Shown here in pieces: positions 26,812 through 42,246 of a stretch of 64,000 nt of DNA. The DNA lies in NCBI RefSeq assembly GCF_006345805.1, contig NC_043002.1:71424001-71488000 (forward strand), written 5' to 3'. A program made the translations under genes and the position numbers. Each line of letters begins with the position of its first letter. Position 1 is the first letter of the stretch. The stretch comes from Octopus sinensis. Lineage: Eukaryota. Under the pieces are notes generated by a model, which was given only the letters and a program-made list of their open reading frames with translations, made no database searches and was not told the origin of the DNA.

Positions 26812-28060
26812 ATATAATATAATATAATATAATATAATATAATATATATAATTAATATAATATAATATAATATAATATATATAATATAATATAATATAAT
26901 ATAATATAATATAATATAATATAATATAATATAATGTAATATAATATAAATAAATATGTGTAATAACATATTACACACATACATACACATACGTATGTAC
27001 ACCTATTGCATAAGTTTTTGTACGTATACATGTTCATAAAAAGAAATGAATGGTAAAAATGTTGGTAAATTTGTAGATTAACACTCGCACGATTTTCACT
27101 CAGAAAAAAAATCGGATTTTTTTGCGTGGAATAAACTACTCTCGCCTCCTAATATGCTACAAAACCCTTTTTGTGGTCCGAAAAACGGGGTTGGGTGTGA
27201 TGGAAGCCTCAGAAATTGTACCTATTTATTTGTAATTCACTGACAAATTGTTACCTACCTCTTTGTTTCTTTGTTGTTGAATAAATGGATTCTCAACAAA
27301 ACACTTTTTTCCTCGGCGTAAAATTAAAAAAAAACTCTTTCGCGCCCAAGGTAATGTGTGTGCGTGAGAGGGGGGGGAGAAACATGAACAATTTAAAATA
27401 GATAAATGATTTAAAATATATTTTAATTGTTGTGTGAGAAGGCATATATAATATTATTATAAAATATAGTGTCTTTCAAAAACATCCTGAATTTGAAGAC
27501 TATATCACGTGTTTAAAAATAAAAAACATTTTACATTTTCATTTTTGATGAAAGTTGTCACCTACTCTCTCTCTCTCTCTCACTTTGTCTTTACATTTTT
27601 TGTTAGACGCTGTCAAACTCTCTTCCTCTCTCCCACTTTTTCCTTACCTTTTTTGTTAGACGCTGTCAAACTTTCTTCCTCTCTCCCATTTTTTCCTTAC
27701 CTTTTTTGTTAGACGCTGTTAAACTCTCTCCCTCTCTCCCTTACACATACTTTTTCTTTACTCTTTTGTTAGACGCTGTCAAATACTCTCTCTCTCCCTC
27801 GCAAACACACACATGCATCAACACACACCTTCTCCCTCTTCCTCACACACACTTTCACTTTGCTATGGCAACTCATGTTAGCAAACTTCAAAATTGGTGA
27901 AAGTTATGGTTGAAAATAGATTTTTACCGCCATCTGCGGGTGCCTCGGGAAAAAATAAGTTGCCAAAACCTAGGTAGTATGGTGACGAATGTCCTCCTAA
28001 AATCGGAGCGACATGCGTGCTTAATTTGTGGACGTGCATAGATTACACACACGCGCAGGC
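26625..28060 (+). mobile_element. Helentron/HINE-like non-autonomous element with internal tandem repeats
   Basis: Starts 'actagcagtataac...'; (ATATA)n at 26800-26950; four 54-60-bp units with 'ttgttagacgctgt' at ~27600-27780; HINE-like end with 'aaaatcgg...tgcatagattacacac'. Confidence 0.5.
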
Positions 28061-28405
28061 ATCGTGCCTATGATATATACAGATACCATGTATATGTATA
28101 TTAATGTTTGTTTTTATGTTCAGTTACGATGAAAACAATTTCGTATTAATCTGATGGGATAGTTTCTACTTCCGTATAGCACAAAGTTATTATTTATATA
28201 CGAGGATGTTGGTGAATAGGGACTTCGAAAATTCTCCCTGGTAACCAGTTGTCGGACTACAATGCACGAGAGTGAAAATCACTTTTTGTTGTGTAGGTGT
28301 GAGTGGGATGGTCATTAGGTTTTTCTTGTTGATTTTTATGGAAAGTTATTTGGAATAATTATGTTTAAATGTATAAATATTTATGTATATATATGCACCT
28401 GTGTG

Positions 28406-29305
28406 CGAGGTGATTTCAAAAAGTTCCCGGTCTAGTTATGGTTAATAAAAAAATAACTTATTTACCTAAGTTTTAACATCATCTCCTTCGGATTATTCAC
28501 CTCGCACAGCAATAGACCGGTCTCAGAGTTCCTGCAACTTTTGGAATCCGGCCTGGAAATCGTTTTCCATAAGTGAGTTGAGGGCCTTCTGTGATTCACA
28601 CCGTATCTTGATAACGAAGTTAAAACGGCCACCTTTGAGCTGCATTTTCATCTTAGGGAAGAGATGTAAGTTCACAGGTGCTAAATCTAGTGGACAGGGC
28701 AAGAGTGGAAGAGATACCATGTTTTTGGCGAGAAACACACGAGTGAGGAGAGGTCAGTGAAAAATCCAATTCTCCGCGCCCCACAATTCCAGTCGCTTTT
28801 TCGAGAATGTCCTCCCTCAATCTCTTCAAAACGTTGCTGTGGAACTCTCGATTGATGGTCTAGCCCTGGCGGACCGAATACTCAATGCAAAATGCCACAT
28901 TTCATGGGGGTGACGCTCGTGGTAGGTCTTCCAGATTGCCCATACTTTTTCAGGGACGTCTTTCAGTTTTGAAGTGCCCGTACCACGCGGAACATTGCAT
29001 ACGACCCATTTGCCTCGTTGGCGTAAGTTTGACGAAAACGCTGAATGACTCTATACCAGACTTCCAAAGTTTAACGTGAAATTTCATATTGATTCTTTGT
29101 ACTAGTCGATGACAAAATTGCAAGCTACATTATACACGTGATAACAAAAGTGCAAATTTCACGACTTTTGAAGTAAACACAGCGATAACACTCAGCACAC
29201 TGTCTCATGAAGGTCACTGCTAGTTCTCATTGTGAACGCAACCATGTGCTGCCATCTGTTGGCGCGCCACAGAACTAGTCCGGAAACTGTTTAATACCAC
29301 CTTCT
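28406..29305 (-). mobile_element. Internally deleted mariner-family element
   Basis: Imperfect TIRs cgaggtgatttcaaaaagttcccggtctag / ctagtccggaaactgtttaataccaccttct; minus ORF LDLAPVNLHLFPKMKMQLKGGRF resembles mariner SPDLAP.DF.LFPKMK. Confidence 0.8.
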
Positions 29306-29849
29306 ATGTTATGTGTGTGTGTGTGTGTGTGTGTTTAACAAATTTAGATTATATGTAACCATTGATTACATGATATTATTCTAATCTTATATTTAATAAG
29401 CGAAAATTTTGTTATATTGAGGCTTTGATGAGCTTAATTTTGATTTCCGTTTGAAGCTATTCCTGGCTACATATTGCGTGTTTCCTTTTTTACTAATATT
29501 TATTTTGTTATCATTTCAAGATTGCTCATCAAAATACGTGCATTGCTTATACATACACTTCGATATGTTTATTCTTTTGAAAGCGATAGACACTTTAAAC
29601 TTTAGATAGATAACAACCATTATAATGCGTATACATAGCAAACTAGATATGTAATTACTTTGATACACCAGCTCCTCAGAAACATATAACGCTAGTAGGA
29701 TGTTTTTACAAGCTGATGGTGGAAGTCATTAAAACGACATTTTGAGATGTATCAAAATAAATAGGATAGATATTGATTGACGCTGCTGCTACTATCCATT
29801 ACCTCTAATATTGCCGTGACTTATACTGCTACCAGCACCACCACCATAA

Positions 29850-29854
29850 CCACT

Positions 29855-29931
<77 letters not shown>

Positions 29932-29975
29932 CACTACTACTACTACTACAAACACTACTGCTGCTGCTGTTACTA
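29850..29975. repeat. (ACA)n(ACT)n trinucleotide microsatellite
   Basis: Directly visible; explains the poly-Thr ORF. Confidence 0.95.
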
Positions 29976-30210
29976 CTATTGCAAACAAGTGTTTATCATC
30001 TAAGTTATAACTTATGGTTTAGTCTCGAAGTAAATATCAGCTTCAAGACATGATCTTCAAAAATCAATGATATAAACAAATGAAGGCGGATGTTATCTTC
30101 AACGATTATTTTCCGATATCAATTCAGCAACACAGATTTTACAGGTTATTGTAGTTATAACTTTGAGGATATATATATATATGTGCATGTATCTGTGTGT
30201 ATATGTGTAG

Positions 30211-30250
<40 letters not shown>

Positions 30251-30633
30251 GATATTTTTGTACATACATATATATAAATGCACAGACGCGCGCATGTACA
30301 CACTCACACACATATGTATGAACACGTTTAAGGCAGTGTTTGATTGAACACATAAATTCTTCAAGATTGACAGTAAAGTAAAAAGTAGTTAGACATGACG
30401 CGCCAATAAATTCTATTTTCTTTGTTATTCTCAAGGTTTCCATTTATAAAAATACGTTCGCATAAGAAAGCACATAGAAACCATAATTTCTGTGTCTCTA
30501 TTCAATATCTCTTAGTCACTCCGTCTCATCATTTTGTTTTTTTATTCCACATTCTCTCGCAGGTATTTACAAACACACGGGCAATGATTCGGATACGTAT
30601 ATGTAAGGTAGGAGTTGTGTGTGCACATATACG

Positions 30634-30708
<75 letters not shown>

Positions 30709-32261
30709 AAATAAGCAACAGGATATCAGGAGGTGATGCAGAACGACCGTTTGAAGCGGCTCCATTTAATTGAACAACGCTATCATTACGTCAATTTAAA
30801 TGCAGGGCTATCCTCAGCTGCATAAATAAATAAATAGAATTATATATATATATATATATTCATGAATCAGATATTGCTAGATATCGTTCGAGTCACAAAT
30901 TTGCACTTCTATGAGCAAAACAAAATAATATCGTGCTGACCTAAATATGCTTGATGTTACGTTTGCAATTGTTTTTAAATAACTAATTGCAGTAGAAAAT
31001 AACATCAATATTTAATTTATTTTACCCTCTTTGCATTTCATATTACCTTTGTTAACCTCATCTGGAAGAAGAAAAAAACAGGTTACCTCTAAATTTTGTC
31101 TTGCTTACTTAATGTCTACTTATTTTCAAAGAACTTGCCATTTAAGTAGGAAGTTTTGCCATTTAAGCAGGGAGTCTATGATTTTCATTTTGTTTCCTTT
31201 TGTCAAGTCCTGTTCAATGCATTTATATCTTATTGAGAATTCCTGTACCTAATAAACTAACATTAGATACCATCTATAAAATGAAACCTATACATAATTA
31301 CTCGTCCGGCGACAACATAAATTTTCCTCTTGAGACAATTCCAGTTGTCCCGAAGAAAACATTGTTTATTAAGTGACGTCCAGTCAATGGACAGGGTTCT
31401 ATCACGTGGTGTTTTTCACTGCCGTATCGTTTATTACTTAAGCTTAGGTCGAATCGGCCGAGCGGACATTTTATTGTCTCTATCACATGATGTTAGCCAT
31501 ATATCGACACATTGTTGTGAATTTATTCTTTTCGCCTTCGCTCGCTTATTGTGGTATAGAGGGTTGATTTTCTATCGTGGACAATTGAAGTTACAGTCTG
31601 CCATTTAGCACTTCGGTTTGGAATTGTTGCAATGTTTTCTTCGTCCGTTTATAAAGTTATTACCTGATCACACTATCATTATTCGGTTTACGTTACAACA
31701 CCTCAAATCACTTCTTGTTACCTCTAAAAACTGAGAAGGACATATTAAATAATTCATCTGATTAAAAATATGGAATGGTCTTAAGAAAACTATCTTTGAT
31801 CATTATAACTGCCAGCTCAGCATTCATCTGAGTTTCATCCACATTAGGATGCTTCACACAACTATTTACGAGAAAGGTACAAGGTCAAATACACGAAATG
31901 TAGTTATAATTATATATTATGTTAGAGAATCTATACTTTGTATCAGGTGCTAGAGCTCATATGAGAAAGAATGTAAGAAATAGTGGTGGAACTTGAATTT
32001 AATTAAAATTATGAAATGACATATAGCACAATGCTATATATTTGAAGTTTCGTAAGCAATGATACACTCACTTCAACAAATCAGTAAGATACAAGAATAC
32101 AATAATAATTCAGAGAAATTATGTATCTTCATAATCGAAAAATGTAAGTTTGATATAGCAACCTTTCAACTACTGTTGCAAGGTTGCAAAATGTTTGAAA
32201 GTGATGCCAATCTCAGAAATTCAAGGAGAACGTATTTCGAAATTTAGTAACATTGTAATTA

Positions 32262-32443
32262 CCGTATTTTAATGTGTATAACGAACCCTCGTGCATACGG
32301 AACCTCCTAATTTGGTGGGGTGAGGGCTTAAAATTTGGCAAAAATATTTCGTAAGGGATTGTAATACTATCCATGTATAAGAATTATATTTTTTGGACCC
32401 AAGTTTTGACAAAAAAGGGTTCTTTGTACACGTTAAAATACGA
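32262..32443. mobile_element. pogo/Tigger-like MITE
   Basis: TA|ccgtattttaatgtgtataa ... tgtacacgttaaaatacga|TA imperfect TIRs, no ORF. Confidence 0.65.
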
Positions 32444-33338
32444 TACATCTTCAAGCATTGCCTGTTTCCTTAAGAATTGCGTTTTGCATTTACATAATTT
32501 CGAGTTCATTACAACGGACGGAAGATTTCTCAGTTATTTTCTACTAGAACCTCGATCTGAGTAATACCATTTGAGTGGATTTGGCCAACAGAAACTTGAG
32601 TGTGTATAAATATATAAACACACACACACGTCTGTGTGTGTGTATTAGTACACCCACCGCTTTACAACAAGTATTGATTTGTCAATGTTCCCGTAACTTA
32701 TCGGAAAGATAAAAATAACGTATAGAATACGTGCCAGCTTTCTAAATAAAAAGGAAAGATACTGGAGCTGATTTGATTGTCCAAATCCTTCCAGGCGGTG
32801 TCCCAACGTAGTCAATGTGCAATAACACAAGCAAGCAAACGAACATAAAATTATGAATACCTTTTGCACATTGTGAACAACATATACCAAGATGAGCTTA
32901 TGTTTGAAGCAAAGGACAGATAACGTCCTATTTTACATAACATAACATCCGACTAAACTGTTTGTAAATTTTCTTTTCAGCAACGAACATTTCGCATGAA
33001 TATAAAGATGGAGACTATTGATGAGACCTACTACTAAATGAACTCGATCTTTCGGTCATTTGATCTTCGAAAGTGATTCTAGATTGTATCAAAAATATTG
33101 ATTTTACGATTATAGTTAATGAATAATAAATAATGAATAATAACAAAGACCAAATTTCACAAAATATTAATAGTTAGCATTAAGTTTGACCAGCGTTGGT
33201 TCTCTGATATCTGCGCGCAACAACACACACGCACACATTCAGACAAATATCGGGAAGTTCCTCTTAATGCAACTCAATACTAACTATCTAGAGATCAAGT
33301 GGAGAAGTCTGAGTGTGTGTGTTTGTGTGAGTGTGTGT

Positions 33339-33403
<65 letters not shown>

Positions 33404-34649
33404 CGCGCGTGTGTGTCTGTGTCTGTGTGTGTGTCTGTGAAATATACTGATAATTGACTCAATATTTATTTCGCAATCCATTATTCTACATGTATATCCT
33501 TTGCATTGTTTTTTTATAATTGTATTAGATCAAGTAAATATCTTCTTCGACTTATTTGCCTCTCTATCTTTTTAGGTGTTGCTCTGCTCATGTATCCATA
33601 TATGTATTTATGCACGTGTGTATATCATGCTCCAGCACGGTAATTACTACTAGGTGGGTTAAAACAAAATAAAAAGCGAATAGAGATATTAAGACATTTA
33701 TAATGCCTTTCTTCATCGGACGTGCTTTATATCTGTTTCTTAACGTTTGGCAAATACCCAATCAAATTATCATAAGCTGGTCTCGTTTGGCCCCAAAGAC
33801 ATAGTCTTTAAGAATGTGTTATTACAATAGTATAATGGAGCACTTATTAACCATCTATATAGAAATATGTGTGTTCGTTCGGGTGTAATACTTTAGTTAG
33901 AGAGGCGGGGTATAAATGAGACAGAAAGGAGAGAAGTGTGAGCAGAGAAGTGTGAGCAGAGAAGAAAGAACTAATGAGGCCAAAAGTGTCACATGATTAG
34001 TTAAAAAGAGATGAGAAAAAAGAGAGAGCAAGGCAGTGAGAGAAAAGAGGGAGAAAAATAAAAGGGAGTGAGAAAAGAGGGAGCGCAAAGAGTTAATGGC
34101 GTGTTGTAGAGTGGGGAGGGAAAAGTAAAAAGAGAGAGAGACCGACAGAGAGACAAAGAGATATTTAGGATGCAATATTTAGCAGAGGGTGATGTTCAGG
34201 TGGTGAGGTTAAAGAAAGACAAATATAAAGAGTTGAATAGGGGAGGCAGTTACATTGAGAGAGAGAGAGGTGGGGAATAGCGTTTGTATTTTCAGAACAG
34301 AGATACAAGAATGAAAAATTAGATGTAAAGAAACAGTTGAACTGAAATGAAATGAAATGATGTTTGTTATACAAAACTATAGTGATGATGATGATGGTAG
34401 TGGTGGGTGTTGATAGTGTAAATTACTGTTTTATTGAACTAAATATATATTATTATTTTCCCTGTTCGTTCACACTTTACACTTTAGTTGTTAGAGAGGA
34501 GGAAGTGGAGCGAGAGAGAGAAAGAAGGAATGTGAGAGTGAGTGAGAGAGCAGATAGCCGGCCGATGCATTATACTGTCACTCGTATGGTTGGTGGTAGA
34601 CAGAGATGAAGATAATGAGAAAAACCATTACACCATATGCCCACGGAAT

Positions 34650-34790
34650 GGGAAGGAGAACCCAGGTTCGAAATTTCCCCAAGACACCTGATGAAGGCTG
34701 GTGGGTATATCAGCCGAAACGTGTTAACAACAAGCAAGTTGAGGACTAATATCCGTTAATTGTAAATAATGTAAATAATGAGAAAAATGT
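34650..34790 (+). mobile_element. PLE pseudo-LTR fragment with decayed hammerhead motif
   Basis: gacac-CTGATGA-aggctg gtgggtatat cagcc-GAAAC-gtgtt; same family as 60840-60990; the cleavage-site region looks partly deleted. Confidence 0.65.
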
Positions 34791-37136
34791 TAGGAGCGAA
34801 GAAGGGAATTACATAAGGGAATTACATGGTTAAAAGGTTTATTGAAGAGGTAGAGAGAAAGAGGGTAATATAAAGTGCTTCGCAGAGGGAAATTTTAAAA
34901 TTATATATTATTGTGACTGGAGGTGAAATAACTAACCAAAATAAAAGTAAAAATGCAAATGTATTGTAATATTATAACATATAAGAATATTATAATATCA
35001 TAATAGAGTACTTATTAAAATATGGCTAATGTTATATTTACACAATGAAATGACAGTGCTTATGGAAAGAAGACTATGTTCTTGGAAATTTATTAAAATA
35101 TTGACATGTGATTGTTATTATTACTAACTTCACACAAACTGATATGTCCACGAAAATACTACTTTCAGTCTCCGATATGGTATCTATTGCCTACGCAAAT
35201 GGAATGTTTTTATTATCAGCAAATACCGTTCTTTAAAATAACTTTTGTGTTAGTTTAACAATTTTAGTAAAATCACAGAAACTAAATACGATTAACTAGC
35301 TTGTTTTCAAGATTTAAATATAGAGTTCTCTGGCAACAGAATTTTTATTCGTTGAACTTGAACCGTACCACGAATAACGTTGCTTGTTAGTATAATAGCT
35401 GTTGTTTTATATAGAAATAATAGTGTTTGGGTTTAGTATAATAGTTTATTTTTGTTTTTAATTGTCATGTGCCCTGAAATAAATATTAAAACTAAACACC
35501 GAGAAATGGAAGCCCATGATGCTTTGAAAAATGTTGGATAAAATAGTAACTTTTTTATCTCTTTATCTTCTATAGCTCATGATGCTTTGGAAGATGTATA
35601 GTCGACGAAGCTGAATTTAGGGTGGCGAAATTCAGATGATGAAATTAGGAAAATTGATGTCCTCATTTCAACTCATAAGTAACAACCAGAAACTTTACTA
35701 TAATCTGTTTCCCAGACACATTACTCATCCACTTCGATTAAACTGTCTCTTCTGTCATACATTCTATACACGCATTGTAGCAACCCCAACTGGATAAAAG
35801 ATATAAACAGCCGTGGTTGCATTTGAATTCAAAATACATAACTACATATCGCAAGAACAACTTTAGTATCAACGTCTTCATCACCCTCTTCTAATCGATA
35901 TCAAATATTGTTTTCCTTCCATTCACTTATCGAGCAGCTGCGTATTATAATACTTTTAGAAACCACATAAAAGTAGTATAGTGGACATATTTTATTATAT
36001 CTGGTGGCTACAACACTAGTCAATATATTATTTTATATACATATTATCTGTCTTTGTTCTTGAACTCCATGTTTCAACTTTATAAGTGAGGCGCGTTCTA
36101 GTCATTGGTATAGAACGAGTTGTTTGTTCGCTTTATCTTCCAAATGATGAGATGTGTTCTTTTTAAACCATTTCGTTGATAAATAGATTATTTCTCTGCC
36201 AGATACATGTTAGGTAGAATTTATGCATCACTATCTATTCTCATATGCCACTTATATTCTTATATAATTTGGGTTATTACTTTTTGCCAAACCTACGATT
36301 ATTCACATTTATATTTTTTGGCATGTTTCTATTCAGATAATTCATTAATGATAAAAAAAAACAAACAGAAATAATCTTTGCTTGGGTATGAATATTACAT
36401 GCTAACTGCTTGTGGACGTTATCATATTTCTCCTATTGAGTACTAATAAATATCAACATTTGAACGTAAAATATGATTAAATGTCGAGGGCTTTTGTTTA
36501 AAGCAAGGAACTGATATTTATTTCATAGGACAACACATAAAAATCATTTTATGTTAGCTTGGTATTTCATGCTTTGCTAGACAAAGCTTTGCAGTTGCAT
36601 TTTGGATTAGAATTGATTGTGTTTATATTGGCACCAAAAGAATTAGCAGGAGGAAAATATGTCCTCGATGTAATAATTATTTTGAATATCATGCATAAAT
36701 CATGCGCAAGCATTCTGGTTTCCATATCTATAGCAAGTGTGGTATAAGGCTTCATTAGGATTTTTCTTCCAACGGACCAAAATGCGAAGTTGTCACGTTC
36801 AGCAATTCATCTCCAAAATTCTATGTTCTTTAGCCATGCACATTATCCCTCTTTCTCAGTTGGCAAGTCTCAGTATTCTTTTATGAGACTCAACTGAAAC
36901 AACAGAGGTGTTGTTAGTTTATGATACACTAAGAATATGAAATAATCCGAATTGAAAATAGCACTAAATCTGTTCCAGATGTTTATATTATTTATTAAAT
37001 ACTTTCTGATTCAATTATTTATGATAAGGATCGAAGTAATAATGCCTTCACAATATAAGAAATCTGATTGAAGTATAATTCAAATTATAACTTCGATATA
37101 TGATTATGTGTGAGTGCTTGTGCGTATATACATGCA

Positions 37137-38172
37137 TACGAATTCGGCTGAAAAGTTCATAGGCTGACCAAGATACCCTCATGAAATGTGATGAAATATG
37201 ATACATTTTAAGCAAGTACATTTTACATGTTGGGGAAGAGAATGGGTCAATCAGAAGAATAAGGAGCACCTGAGTACTGGAGAATTATCCTAATGGAACA
37301 ACATTCTTTTCGTCAGCTTTCCTCAGCAGTTGCTCGTGATAGATTTTCAAAACTGTCTCAGCAAGTTGGCATAGTAGACTCCATTGATGGCGTGGCTCTT
37401 TTCGAGGTAGTCAATACACACAATGCCTTTTGCATCCAAAACAACTGAGGACATCAACTTCCCTGCGGAGGAAACGATCTTAGCCTTCTTTGGAGCAGAT
37501 GAGGGGAGATTCCACTGCATGGATTATCACTTTGCCTCTTGCTCAAGAAACGTTCGAGGAAATCAGCTGGATTTGCCTCAAACAATCTCAAATATTCCCG
37601 TGATGTGATCAACCGACTACATTTTTTGATCAGATGTCAGAATACGTGACAGCCACCAAGCAGGAACTTTCGTCATGCCAAGTTCATTCTACAGAACCTT
37701 CTCACGATATAAGCTAATAGCAGTGGTTATTTGATTTATAGTCAATCGCCTGTCATTCCTCAGTGTGTGGTGAACATTATCAGTGTTTTCCTCGGTGGTG
37801 GCAGTTGCAGGATGTCCTTTCTTTGGATCATCTTCAGGAATATCGCTTCAACTCCTAAATTCAGCTGCCCGCTTTCTCACTTCTGTTGCTGAAGCTGGAG
37901 CGCCATCCCCAAATGTAGTAACATGTCTACATGAATGCCTCTGGGTTGCAAACCCTATATCTGAAGGTACCTGTTAACACAACAACGCCAAATCTTATCG
38001 ATTTTCAAGAGAAGTTAATTTTCAAGACTTCTTCCAGCAGTCAGATGTCAGCCAAGCTGGAAAAAAACAACGCAGTTATTAATAAAATTATGTGAAACCA
38101 AAGCATGCAAAATTTCACACAGCTCTAGCGTCACTCCTTTATGGCAGGCCTATGGACTTTTCAGTCGGGTCT
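37137..38172 (-). mobile_element. Decayed mariner-family transposon
   Basis: TIRs gctgaaaagttcataggc / gcctatggacttttcagtc; minus translation SRILTSDQK, AGKLMSSVVLDAKGIVCIDYLEK..INGVYYANLLRQ, LFH*DNSP. Confidence 0.85.
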
Positions 38173-38534
38173 TTCTACAAATATACCTACATACATACAA
38201 ACACACAAAATGTAAATACACATATGTAAACATACATATGTACATACACACATACATACATACATACATACATACATACATACATACATACATACATGCA
38301 TACATATATGCATAATTACACACACACATACATACATAATACATACATACATATATACATGCATACATACATGCATTTATATACTTGCTCGTAATCTAAA
38401 AGTATATGTGGCAACGCAATTATGTTTCAATATAATCTGGTAGATGAAAAATGCATGGGATAAATGTGCCTAATATTATAGTTTTAGCTAACAGACTGAA
38501 GGCAGGCCCTTTTAACATCAATTCATGTATCGTT

Positions 38535-39170
38535 TTCGTTTATAAATAGTTCGGCCAACGTTGTCGATGATGACCAAACACATCACATAGAAGACGGGGC
38601 ACGGTTTGCCTGTTGTGGCCAATCAATCGATGCGTGTTCGGATGGCTCTGCTGCAGATCGGCCACTGCTGGTCTGCTGGGGGGACTTGGTTCTGGGCTTG
38701 CGCAGTTCACGTTTTCTATGTACTCCGGTAAACATGTTCTGTTCGTAGGAGGTGGCACCTCTGTTGGTGCGCTTGTATTTCCTAAATGGCTGCGTTAATG
38801 TCAAAGGTTTTCCGTGAGGCTTTGACTGCATCCTTGAAACGGTTTCTTGTCTACTTTGCATGCGCCTGCCTTCCGCCAATTCCCTGCCAAACAGAATCTT
38901 GGGAAGTCGCGTGTCAGTTATTCGCACAAAGTAGCCTGCACCCTGTAATTCACTTTCTTTTCAGTTCTACATAAAAACTTGGAAGATCATCTCGAAAGAG
39001 GACCTCCGTTACTGAGACATTTCAATAGCTTTGTCAAGCAGGTCATGCGAAATTGGTTTAGCTTTTTGCTTTGGCCTTCATAAACTGCTCTAGTCGCGCA
39101 GGCATATAGTACCATAGGCTGTACAGTTGCTTGGTACACCTACAACTTGCTTGCCAGCGTAATGCCTCTT
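38535..39170 (-). mobile_element. RTE-clade (BovB-like) LINE 3' fragment
   Basis: RITDTRLPKILFGRELAEGRR..., HRKRELRK, downstream H..IGLIGH..T zinc-knuckle-like remnant. Confidence 0.75.
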
Positions 39171-39319
39171 CTAAACACTAACACCCAAATTGTATATTAT
39201 ATTACTTATACAAATATGCACGCATGAATGTATGTGTGTATGTGTGTGTGCCTGTGTGAGTGTGTGTGTAGTTAAATAAATCCATAGATAGATATTTGCA
39301 TACATTAATCTTTTTCTTT

Positions 39320-39756
39320 TATTCTCTTACTTGGAGTACCGCCTCTTAGTCGAACAAATCAACACCAGGATTTTTTTCTTATCCTAGTACTTATTCTATC
39401 GGTTCCTTTTACAGAACCGCTTCGTTACGGGAAGGTAAAAACAGCAACATCGGTTGTCAAGCGATGGTGGGGTAACAAACATAGACGCACAAATACACAC
39501 ACACACACACACACAGACACATATATATATATAGGTATATATATTCTTTACTCTTTACTCTCTTTTACTTGTTTCAGTGATTTGACTGCGGCCACGCTGG
39601 AGCACCGCCTTTAGTTGAACAAATCGACCCCAGGACTTACTCTTTGTAACCTTAGTACTTATTCTATCGGTCGCTTTTGCCGAACCGCTATGTTATGGGG
39701 AAGTAAACACACCAGCGTAGGTTGTGAAGTGATGCTGGGTGGACAAACACAGACAC

Positions 39757-39846
<90 letters not shown>

Positions 39847-39985
39847 TACGATGAGCTTCTTTCAGTTTCCATCTACCAAATCCACTCACAATGCTTTGGT
39901 CGGTCCGAGTCTAGAGTAGAAGATACTCGTCCAATGTGCCATGCAGTGGGACTGAACCAGGAACAATGTATTTGGGAAGCAAACT
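39320..39985 (-). mobile_element. One partial and one full copy of the abundant SINE
   Basis: Same family as 7310-7735. Confidence 0.8.
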
Positions 39986-40070
39986 CCTTACCACACAACA
40001 AGTCCTGTCTCTCTCTGTCTCGGTCTCTCTCTCTCTCTCTCTCTCTCTCATTCTCTCTCTCTCTCTCTAC

Positions 40071-40116
<46 letters not shown>

Positions 40117-41619
40117 TCACACATAGTTGAAAGCATTGTTTTATGGTCGGGACATTTCATTCACCACAATACAGATTTCGGTTGTTCAGTGATAAACTGT
40201 CGTGTATGTACGTGGTTGTAAACTCTTATACCACTTAAAGAAGTTGGCGCTTAATTGTAGCAAAATCTTAATGATTCTTAAGATGAGTTTTAAAAATAAA
40301 TTCTTGGGTCGATATGATCTCTGGAAACCGTATATCCAATTACAGAAAATATTACCCCGAAGATATATTGCAACTCCTAAATTTGCATTTACGAGCAGAG
40401 ATGACTTGCAACTCAGCAGGCATCTGAAAATTTAAGGCATGCGCAATCGAAAACTACTTTTAACCTAGCCATCAGTCGAAAGAGTAACGCATGAATAATT
40501 GAAGCTTGCCTCCTTTCCTAGATTACAGCAGGAAGCTAAGTTATAAGCCATTCATTTCAATCATGCCTTGACGTTCTACTGCCAATCAGTAATTCATTCA
40601 TGTACGTATTGTTGTAGTATTTTAAGTTACTTTATTACTCTTTCAAGTTATTTACTTGTAGCGCGGAAAGTTTGTAAATGAGCGCCTAATGTTACTTCCA
40701 TTCTTCACGTAATTCTGTTTCTATTTATCTTTCTTTTACTTATTTAACAAATTATGCAAACACAATTTAGTTCACTTTCTCGTAATAAGAAGAACCTAAC
40801 GGCGGAAAACTAATTCTTACATTATTTGACTAAAGTAGGCAAAGCCTTCACGAGTAAATTTAAATCTGTAGTTTATGGAACATATACACAGTTGCGCTAA
40901 ATTATTTCTTGTCATTAATTGATCTCTTTGTCACAACTGCCATTTGGGGATAAAAAGCCTCAGTATGGAGTTTTTGAAATAAAGCGTTTGTTGATCTAAA
41001 CAACCCATGTACCGCAATGGATGTCAATGAAAAGTCACTTATCCATTTGCAACCATATTTTAAGTTAAAAGAATTTTGGGATTCAGATTAAATAGATTTG
41101 GCGATTGCTAGCAGATGCTACAGGCTTTTAGCAGATGGAAATGAGTTTTGAAAAAGGGAGTTAGTTCAAAAACATAAAGTAAAATAACTCACTTTCTAGA
41201 AATGCAAAATGGTTTGCTTTCTTTTTTTCGTTCTTTGTAGTTATGATGAAAGTTGGCTACATGAAAATAAGGAGAACTATGGGGAGTTATCCTTGTGTGT
41301 CGAAGTTAAAATTTATGAGAAATTGCAAAACCATTTAAAATTTGGAACTGTTTTTTAAAAGGCTTTCCTCAATTACTCACGACAATGTCATTCTATCTTT
41401 TAGCAATAATTTTGAATAAAAAAAATAACGACTAAAGTTTCTTTTAATCTGAACCTTTGTCGTGCACAAAAGTTATTGAAACGGAAACTTATCAAAGATA
41501 ACTTTGAAATTTACGCGAATACAAAGCGATAGAATAATTATTGCATACCATTTTTCTAACACTCTAACGATTCAGGCGGCATGTCAACTCGTGCCACTCC
41601 TCGCAACCCCCCCCCCCAC

Positions 41620-41655
<36 letters not shown>

Positions 41656-42138
41656 TGTGTGTGTGTGTGTGTGTGTTGCAGAACATTAAACATTTTAGAA
41701 ATCACAAATAGCAAAATCACAAAAGTTGAAAGGGCGTATACATGGAATGTATTAGTTTGACGCATAGTAAAAGTGGAAAAAAGTGTGTGCATGTGTGTGT
41801 ATGTGTGTGTGCCTGTCTGTCTCTCTCTGTGGGTGTGTATAATGATAAACACATAAACACACGCATACATATATATAAACAGGCAAACATTCTTCAAAAC
41901 ATATTTTCTTTTATTCTTGTCCCTCACTAGAAACGAGCAAGTACAGAGTGATGGATTCAATAGCATTGTTAGATTGTTACAGAATTGTGGGTTCGTTAGA
42001 CCACGGGATGGGTTTACCATACGCGATTTCTTCAGGCTCTGTACATAGATTAAACTGCGACTAGTAGACTTCTTGATTTTTTCTAGGAGTTGCGAATGAG
42101 AGATAGTCGCAGGAGTTATAAAAGAAAAATATATAAAA

Positions 42139-42246
<108 letters not shown>

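Noticed and set aside
27590-27800. Regularly spaced 'ttgttagacgctgt' motif resembling a repeat-spacer array
   Set aside because: The intervening sequences are homologous to each other, so this is an ordinary minisatellite within a HINE-like element.
31270-31620. GC-richer stretch that might be a transposase remnant
   Set aside because: No diagnostic DDE or TIR motif found.
36560-36900. Overlapping ORFs on both strands with a minus-strand acceptor at 36894
   Set aside because: In-frame stops in every frame after the acceptor; no recognisable domain.
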